A stretch of DNA of 64,000 nucleotides from a virus. A program made the translations under genes and the position numbers. The notes under the pieces were generated by a model. It did no database searches, had not been told where the DNA came from, and saw only the letters and a program-made list of their open reading frames with translations. The stretch spans positions 18,788 to 82,787 of the IMG/VR virus record IMGVR_UViG_3300047472_000237; one strand, given 5' to 3'. Within the stretch, counting starts at the first letter, position 1. Each line of letters begins with the position of its first letter. Positions 58,997-64,000 of the stretch are shown here, piece by piece.

Positions 58997-59180
58997 CCTC
59001 AAGGACAAGGTGCAGAAGCTACGCGAGTCCGTGGACGAATTGCGGGCGACCTTCGAGCAGAACGTCGAGCTCCAGAAGGAACTCAGCAAGCTGCTCAAGG
59101 CCCGCATGGAGTCGCTGGTGGAAGCCGGCTTCTCTGCCCAGGAGGCGTTGGCGATAATCTGCGCACGCGGCATCAGCTGA
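58986..59180 (+). CDS. Small coiled-coil protein
   Basis: MADDLKDKVQK..LVEAGFSAQEALAI. Confidence 0.55.
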   Translation: MADDLKDKVQKLRESVDELRATFEQNVELQKELSKLLKARMESLVEAGFSAQEALAIICARGIS

Positions 59181-59222
59181 CGCTTGTCGGCGGCTAGTCC
59201 CTCGGAGAGAGTTCGGGCACCT

Positions 59223-59663
59223 ATGAAGACAGGCATCATCAAGAACCCCGGCCACTTCCTCCACAACGCCCGCGTCAAGCTCATCCGCCGGCAGGTGTCG
59301 GGCGACTCGATGGTCGAGTTCCTCGAGCCGCGTCAGTGCTACGGCATCGGCGACCAGGTGCAGGTGGGCACGGGCGAGTACCGCCCCGACGACCAGGCGA
59401 TGTCCGGCGGCGCTCGCATGCGGCGATTCTGGGAGGCCCTGGAGCTCTACACCGGGAAGAAGATCGTCAACGTCCAGATGTACCCCGACCCGCAAGTGCC
59501 CGGCGCGGTCGCTCTGCGTGGCCTGTATGTCGAGGAGCCGAAGGACTCGAACGACTACGTCGAGTGCCTCGTGAAGGGATTCTCCGGCCAGGACGCTGAG
59601 TGGGTGAGCGAGAACGTCGAGGAGTGCGAGTTCAGGTCTTGGCCGCCGACAAGTTCCACCTGA
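59223..59663 (+). CDS. Hypothetical protein
   Basis: ORF from MKTGIIKN. Confidence 0.45.
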   Translation: MKTGIIKNPGHFLHNARVKLIRRQVSGDSMVEFLEPRQCYGIGDQVQVGTGEYRPDDQAMSGGARMRRFWEALELYTGKKIVNVQMYPDPQVPGAVALRGLYVEEPKDSNDYVECLVKGFSGQDAEWVSENVEECEFRSWPPTSST

Positions 59664-59722
59664 TTTCAGCAGCCGAAATTCACCAACCGCCCTAAGATCT
59701 CCGGTCACCTACCGGAGATTCT

Positions 59723-61096
59723 ATGGCGTCCACAACCGAAATCCTGAAGCAAGTCCAAGCGACCGTGGTCGCTGGTCACACAGCCGAACAGGCAGCCCTG
59801 GCAGCGGCCGTCCTCGCCTCTGAGAAGAGCACAGGCGGCCCCGTCGTGCCCCCGGCCGGCAACGTACCGACCACGCCGGCGCTCCCGCAAATGCCGGCGA
59901 GCTCCGTCACCACGACGACCGTCGGCTTCAACCTGACGGGCAACGTGGACGGCGCGGGTGCGACCGCGATCCAGATCGACAAGCCGAACTGGCAGGCCCT
60001 CTACAACCTTGGTGCGAAGGGCGTGACGCTGCGTCGCGTTCGTGGCAAGGCGGCCCGCAAGGACTCCCCCGGCATTCAGTTCGGGGCGGACAACGGCACC
60101 TGCGAGGACATCGACTGGCTCGACGACAGCGGTGCGTGCTTCATGGTGCGGGGCGACGGCTGTACCATCCGCCGGTCACGAGCTCGGACCATCGCGAATT
60201 ACTTCGCCTTCGTCGAAGGCCGCGACAACACCACGATCGAAGACGTCACGGTGGAGGACTGGGGTGCGGACGGCATCCCGAACACTGCCGACGACGACGG
60301 CGGCTCGACCATCGAGTCGATCATCCGAGCGGGCAACGCCAAGCGGATCTATCTGCGTCGTCTCCGCCTCATGTACCGGGGCAGCAGCCGCAAGGCATGC
60401 ATCCGGGGTGACGCCATCTGGGACTGCGAGGACGGCCTGTGCGACGGCGCGATCACCGGCCCCAACCCGCTGAACGGCGGCGACGGCGGCCGCAACTGGA
60501 TGCTCGACCGCGTGCTCACCAACAAGATCCAGATGGTGTCGAACCCGGCCGAGACCCGCGCGGCGGTCATGGCCATGAAGGCGAAGGGTGAGAAGGATCT
60601 CACCAAGCTGGCCCTGGAGTTCCGCCGCGTCGGCCGCATCTGGGTCGACGACAACGACCACAGCAAGGGCGAGGCCCCGCTGTCGAGCGTGATGAACACC
60701 AGCAACCACATCACACAGACGTACGACCGCCGCGTGAAGGATCTGGCCGCCCGCTCGACCGCGACCTGGCGGAAGTGGACCTTCAACTTCGGCTACGCCG
60801 TGGAGCACGGCAGCGTGCACACCATGGACGCCAACTGCGTCGTGCGCGGTGCTCCGGAGAATGGCGGCTACGCCTTCACTGCCCGCCTGGGCGAGTACCC
60901 GGAGCCAGCCAACGGCAATGACCCCGGCTACCAACTGCCGGGCGACGTCATGCGGCCGGAGACCCGCCTGTTCCTCAACGGCACTCGCGTGTACGGCACC
61001 GGCCCGACGATCGTGTGGGGCGTGGCGGACGCTGACGCCAAGCGGTTCATCAAGGGCAAGTTCTTCTACAACGACGTCCTTGTCGACTGGTCGTGA
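59723..61096 (+). CDS. Right-handed beta-helix (pectate lyase-like) protein
   Basis: Repeating GIQFGADNGT / FMVRGDGCTIRRS / GRDNTTIEDVTV units after a Pro-rich linker; GGAG RBS. Confidence 0.55.
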   Translation: MASTTEILKQVQATVVAGHTAEQAALAAAVLASEKSTGGPVVPPAGNVPTTPALPQMPASSVTTTTVGFNLTGNVDGAGATAIQIDKPNWQALYNLGAKGVTLRRVRGKAARKDSPGIQFGADNGTCEDIDWLDDSGACFMVRGDGCTIRRSRARTIANYFAFVEGRDNTTIEDVTVEDWGADGIPNTADDDGGSTIESIIRAGNAKRIYLRRLRLMYRGSSRKACIRGDAIWDCEDGLCDGAITGPNPLNGGDGGRNWMLDRVLTNKIQMVSNPAETRAAVMAMKAKGEKDLTKLALEFRRVGRIWVDDNDHSKGEAPLSSVMNTSNHITQTYDRRVKDLAARSTATWRKWTFNFGYAVEHGSVHTMDANCVVRGAPENGGYAFTARLGEYPEPANGNDPGYQLPGDVMRPETRLFLNGTRVYGTGPTIVWGVADADAKRFIKGKFFYNDVLVDWS

Positions 61097-61203
61097 GTGG
61101 CGTACGCTGGTCTCGAGCTAGAGGTTGCGGCGGCCCCTGGATGTTCCGGGGGCCGCTCGCGTTTCTGCTTGCTTGTCCACCACGCTGCGGTATGCTCGCC
61201 AGC

Positions 61204-61557
61204 ATGTGGATGATGAGACTACTCCAGGGCGTTACCGGCATCGGCTCCTCCGCGCACCCGGCCCCGGCTCCAGGCGAGCCGCTGCTGCCGACAACCATCC
61301 CGAACAAGCGGAAGGACCAAGTCGTCCCTGAGGAGCTCATCGCTCGCCTGCACACGGCGGCGATGTTCACAGGCTACAACACGGCCATCGGCTACGACCT
61401 CGACTACATGCGGGACTCCTGGAAGGAGTTCTATGGCGACTTCGACAACGTCAACGAACGCCTGCGTGACGCCTTCTATTGGGAGGGGCGTCGCAAGCGA
61501 GCAGAGGCTCTCGTCCGGCGCGGCCACTGGTGCACTGGCGAAGGCGAAGGAATTTGA
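61204..61557 (+). CDS. Hypothetical protein
   Basis: ORF behind promoter TTGCTT-16-TATGCT (61169-61196). Confidence 0.5.
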   Translation: MWMMRLLQGVTGIGSSAHPAPAPGEPLLPTTIPNKRKDQVVPEELIARLHTAAMFTGYNTAIGYDLDYMRDSWKEFYGDFDNVNERLRDAFYWEGRRKRAEALVRRGHWCTGEGEGI

Positions 61558-61597
61558 GCTTGCCCTGGGCGTGAACGTGCGGCATCATCACCCTACT

Positions 61598-62368
61598 ATG
61601 CGTGACCTTGCTGACGAGATGCGTGACCTTGACCGACAGTTCGATGAGACTGGCCCCCAACGCCGGCTCGACCGGCCGCTCCCCTTCCGCTACGGCGGCG
61701 GGGCCGAGCTCGCGATGGTCAGCGCCGTCCTGCTTGGGGCGACGGGCAATCTGGGGCGGCCCAAGGCTGAGGCCCAGGAGGGCGACGTCCGCGAACGCGG
61801 GCGCAACGAGGACGCGGGCACCATCAAGGGTGCTGACCGCAACCGCCCGTGCCAGTGCGGCTCAGGCGTCAAGGCGAAGAAGTGTGCCTGCGGCGGCTAC
61901 ACGTCCCTGATCCTCAAGGAGTTCGCCCCGGCGCTCACCGCCATCAGCACCGAGATCGTCGGCTGCCAAGAGCTCGCCGACGCACAGCCAATGCTGGATC
62001 GCATGGCCCGCACGCTGCGTGCGACCAAGACGGGCGTCGGCCTGGCGGCCAACCAGATCGGGTGGATGAAGCGAGCCATCGTGCTCTACCCGAACCGCAC
62101 CACGTTCAAGTACCTGCTCAACCCGAAGGTGCTCTCCCACTCCATGGACCTCACCCTGATGGAGGAAGGCTGCTTGTCGTACCCGCGTCTGTGGGTGCAG
62201 GTACGCCGGCCGGAGAGCATCACGCTGGAATACTTCGACCGCGAGCACGTCCGCCACGTCGAGGAGTTCGAGGGATTCGAGGCCCGCGTCATCCAACACG
62301 AGATGGAGCACCTTGACGGCAAGTGCGCCGTCGGCGACGCCTGGCGGAAGTGGATGGCGAAGAAATGA
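61598..62368 (+). CDS. def: Peptide deformylase with N-terminal SEC-C zinc motif
   Basis: GVGLAANQIG, EGCLS, QHEMEHLDG; RNRPCQCGSGVKAKKC. Confidence 0.9.
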   Translation: MRDLADEMRDLDRQFDETGPQRRLDRPLPFRYGGGAELAMVSAVLLGATGNLGRPKAEAQEGDVRERGRNEDAGTIKGADRNRPCQCGSGVKAKKCACGGYTSLILKEFAPALTAISTEIVGCQELADAQPMLDRMARTLRATKTGVGLAANQIGWMKRAIVLYPNRTTFKYLLNPKVLSHSMDLTLMEEGCLSYPRLWVQVRRPESITLEYFDREHVRHVEEFEGFEARVIQHEMEHLDGKCAVGDAWRKWMAKK

Positions 62369-62787
62369 TCACCCTCCTGTCCGTGCACCGGCTCACGAAC
62401 GGCATGCACCTGACGCTGAACCTGGCGGACGACTCCACGGTCACCGTCACGCTCCAGAGAGTCAGCAACGACAAGCCGGCCGAGCTCGTGCACACCGAAG
62501 TCGGCATCGACCAGCACGACATCGACCCCATCGGCCGTGCCTGCGGCCGCATCATGGAGAAGGCGTACGGCTCCGCACAGCACGACTCCAAGGAGTGGAG
62601 CCAGATCTGGAAGGCGATGACCCGGTACGCGCTCCCAGGCGGCGCTCCGATCCAGGGCGGCCCCGCCCCGGCTCCTCCGTCAGACAAGTTCGAGAACGTC
62701 GCTCGCTTCGTCGGCTTCCCACAAGCGGCCCCGGTCGCAGCCAAGGCCAAGCCGGCCGTCGAAGATGACGGCGGCGGTTTGTTCTGA
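62365..62787 (+). CDS. Hypothetical protein
   Basis: ATGA-coupled to the deformylase gene. Confidence 0.55.
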   Translation: MITLLSVHRLTNGMHLTLNLADDSTVTVTLQRVSNDKPAELVHTEVGIDQHDIDPIGRACGRIMEKAYGSAQHDSKEWSQIWKAMTRYALPGGAPIQGGPAPAPPSDKFENVARFVGFPQAAPVAAKAKPAVEDDGGGLF

Positions 62788-62816
62788 GCGCGGCGGGGCG
62801 GCTAGAGTTCTTCACC

Positions 62817-63059
62817 ATGCGAACTGTCGCCACAATCCGTATCAAGGACGAGGGCAACGCCCTCCGAGCAGCTGCTCGAATCAAACGCGAGAAGCCGGCC
62901 GGCGCGGTGCTCGTGTGGTGTGGATACGTCGGCCCGCACCACACGTATGAGCTCGAGCTCAAGGCGGACAACGCCCTGGAGAAGAAGGTGCAGGAGTACC
63001 TGCGTGGGACGGTTCGGCAGCTGGCCGGCCACGAGACAACGAAGTTCGCCCTCGATTGA
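62817..63059 (+). CDS. Hypothetical protein
   Basis: 80-aa ORF; TAGAGT at 62803-62808. Confidence 0.5.
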   Translation: MRTVATIRIKDEGNALRAAARIKREKPAGAVLVWCGYVGPHHTYELELKADNALEKKVQEYLRGTVRQLAGHETTKFALD

Positions 63060-63297
63060 CCGGCATTCAACCGACACAGAACCAACCGGCCGCCCGCTCC
63101 AGTCTCCATGCTGGATCGGGCGGTCTGCGTTAGGGGATTGTTAGCCGGGGGAACACCTACGGTTAAGCCGGGGACACAATATTGCAAATCGCCTTGCTCT
63201 TCGTTTGGTATGCGAGATGATCTCCTCATCGCCGGGACGGTTGCTGACCGATGTGGTCGCTCCCCGAACGGCAAGGCACCGAATCAAGGAGACACCC

Positions 63298-63657
63298 ATG
63301 TCCGCCACCCAGGCCGCCGCGACCGTGACCGCTTCGAAGACCGCCCGCAAGACCAAGAGCAAGGCCCAAGTCGGAGGCCGTGAGAAGGCCCCGGCCCGTG
63401 ACTCCGGTGTGGTCATCGACCGCATCCGCGACTACACGATCGACGTCCCCAAGGGCGTCGTCGCCAGCGAACCCCGCGAGGCGAGCAAGCGCGGCCAGGT
63501 GCTGGCAATGCTCCGCAAGGGCGACGTGACGATCTCGAAGCTCGAGAAGAAGTTCGAGTGGGCTCCCCGCGACGCGATGGACGCGCTCCGCCTGCTGGCC
63601 CGCACCAACGGCATCGCCATCAAGGTCCACGGCGACGTCGCCACGCTGATCAAGTAA
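63298..63657 (+). CDS. Basic winged-helix-like protein (paralogue of 25306-26001)
   Basis: SKRGQVLAMLRKG..W.PRDAMDALRLL..G..IK; AAGGAG RBS. Confidence 0.6.
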   Translation: MSATQAAATVTASKTARKTKSKAQVGGREKAPARDSGVVIDRIRDYTIDVPKGVVASEPREASKRGQVLAMLRKGDVTISKLEKKFEWAPRDAMDALRLLARTNGIAIKVHGDVATLIK

Positions 63658-63877
63658 CTCGGACCAAGACCTGGGCTCCCCCCTCCCAGGCAGGGGCACG
63701 AGACTTCCCCCTCGTGCCCCACTTTACAAACCGACGGCCGCCTTCATCGGCGGCCGTCGGCGTGGGCCGGAAGGCCCCTGTCGGATGGAAGTCGCTTGGG
63801 GCCAGTCTGGACAATGCCCCTCGAAGAACGCAGCCGCTCTTGCTGCCGACGCAGACACCCCACCTGAATGAGCTCGA

Positions 63878-63913
63878 CCGCCCCGTGCCCCCGCGCGGGG
63901 CGGCTTCGTTTTG
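63878..63913 (+). terminator. Intrinsic terminator
   Basis: CCGCCCCGTG..CGCGGGGCGG followed by CTTCGTTTTG. Confidence 0.65.
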
Positions 63914-64000
63914 TTGTCGCTTTGCTCTTGCCTCTAGCCGAGCGATGAGGCATACTCCGGTCACCTAACCAAGGAGACCTGTGGCAGCTGAACTCGAACG

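Noticed and set aside
1-64000. Alternative genetic code or stop-codon recoding
   Set aside because: Standard code gives full-length genes ending in TAA, TGA and TAG with dense coverage

Overview
This window is a 64-kb, GC-rich stretch of a tailed dsDNA phage genome (siphovirus-type head and tail module, organised like the YuA/M6/PaMx11-type phages), with almost every gene on the + strand. Order: scaffold, capsid, neck, tail and tail tip (1-15.8 kb); helicases, SSB and ribonucleotide reductase (16-25 kb); a thymidine-hypermodification cluster (26.4-33.1 kb); DNA polymerase A, dCMP deaminase, primase-helicase, RecJ and a sigma-70-family factor (33.7-41.9 kb); a second methylase/glycosyltransferase/nucleotide-sanitising cluster (44-48 kb); collagen-like fibres (48-52.5 kb); then an Xer-like recombinase, glycoside hydrolase, ligase, beta-helix protein and SEC-C-fused peptide deformylase. 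The ORF track misses several non-coding features: (i) a ~310-nt highly structured RNA candidate with its own promoter directly ahead of the DNA-modification cluster (26041-26350), which I cannot assign to a known family and rank as the best novel-system candidate; (ii) an atypical initiator-like tRNA(CAT); (iii) a 10-bp-phased TTCA array next to the recombinase, whose core recurs in promoter spacers; (iv) many short-leader or leaderless promoters; (v) a second hairpin-rich RNA candidate near 63.7 kb. All protein calls come from motif recognition and gene order only; no database searches were run.
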